DNA of 63,089 nucleotides, counting the filler, from Choristocarpus tenellus KU-1152 (lineage: Eukaryota > Protista > Phaeophyceae), in the NCBI GenBank assembly GCA_964200185.2. It is 10 parts of 10 records of this genome, joined end to end, with 100 filler letters (N's around TTAATTAATTAA, not from the genome) between each part and the next. Parts side by side here need not be neighbours in the genome. Positions count along the whole stretch, not along the records: positions 46,187 to 63,089 come from CAXNAD020000747.1; 9 more parts are not named here. One strand, given 5' to 3'. The position numbers and the translations under genes were made by a program. Positions 63,049 to 63,089 of this stretch are shown piece after piece (the first letter of the stretch is position 1; each line of letters starts with the position of its first letter). The notes under the pieces are model-generated. The model was not told the DNA's origin. It did no database searches and saw only the letters and a program-made list of their open reading frames with translations.

Positions 63049-63089
63049 TAAATTATTTTTTTTTTGTTTCATAATTTTTTACCCTCCTT

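Overview
AT-leaning, intron-rich eukaryotic nuclear DNA, most likely from an ochrophyte alga (brown alga or close relative). The evidence is a nucleus-encoded sigma-70 factor with a bipartite plastid presequence, long introns and TTAGGG repeats. The window is ten contigs joined by artificial 100-nt N/TTAATTAATTAA/N linkers (4502, 8476, 13762, 19009, 23687, 33362, 39957, 43346, 46087), so adjacency across linkers means nothing. Host genes, all partial: SBDS, a plastid sigma factor, a cupin, a monoglyceride-lipase-like hydrolase, two unidentified exon sets and a >16 kb NHL-repeat/LCCL/EGF gene. The main finding is a dense set of more than 20 MITE copies in four families that share a 5'-GRNNCAAAGTA terminus and show both 3-bp and 4-bp target-site duplications. 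One contig also carries an 8-exon, inactivated Sola-like (DUF7869-type) DDD transposase gene that the ORF track fragments beyond recognition; it is a candidate, unproven partner for the MITEs. Other observations: TTAGGG units inserted at CCCTA microhomologies inside MITE termini and inside a diverged LSU rRNA fragment, a decayed prokaryote-like lpdA fragment, three GC-AG introns, and decayed Gypsy, Copia and CRE-like remnants. All assignments are by eye from motifs; no database searches were run.
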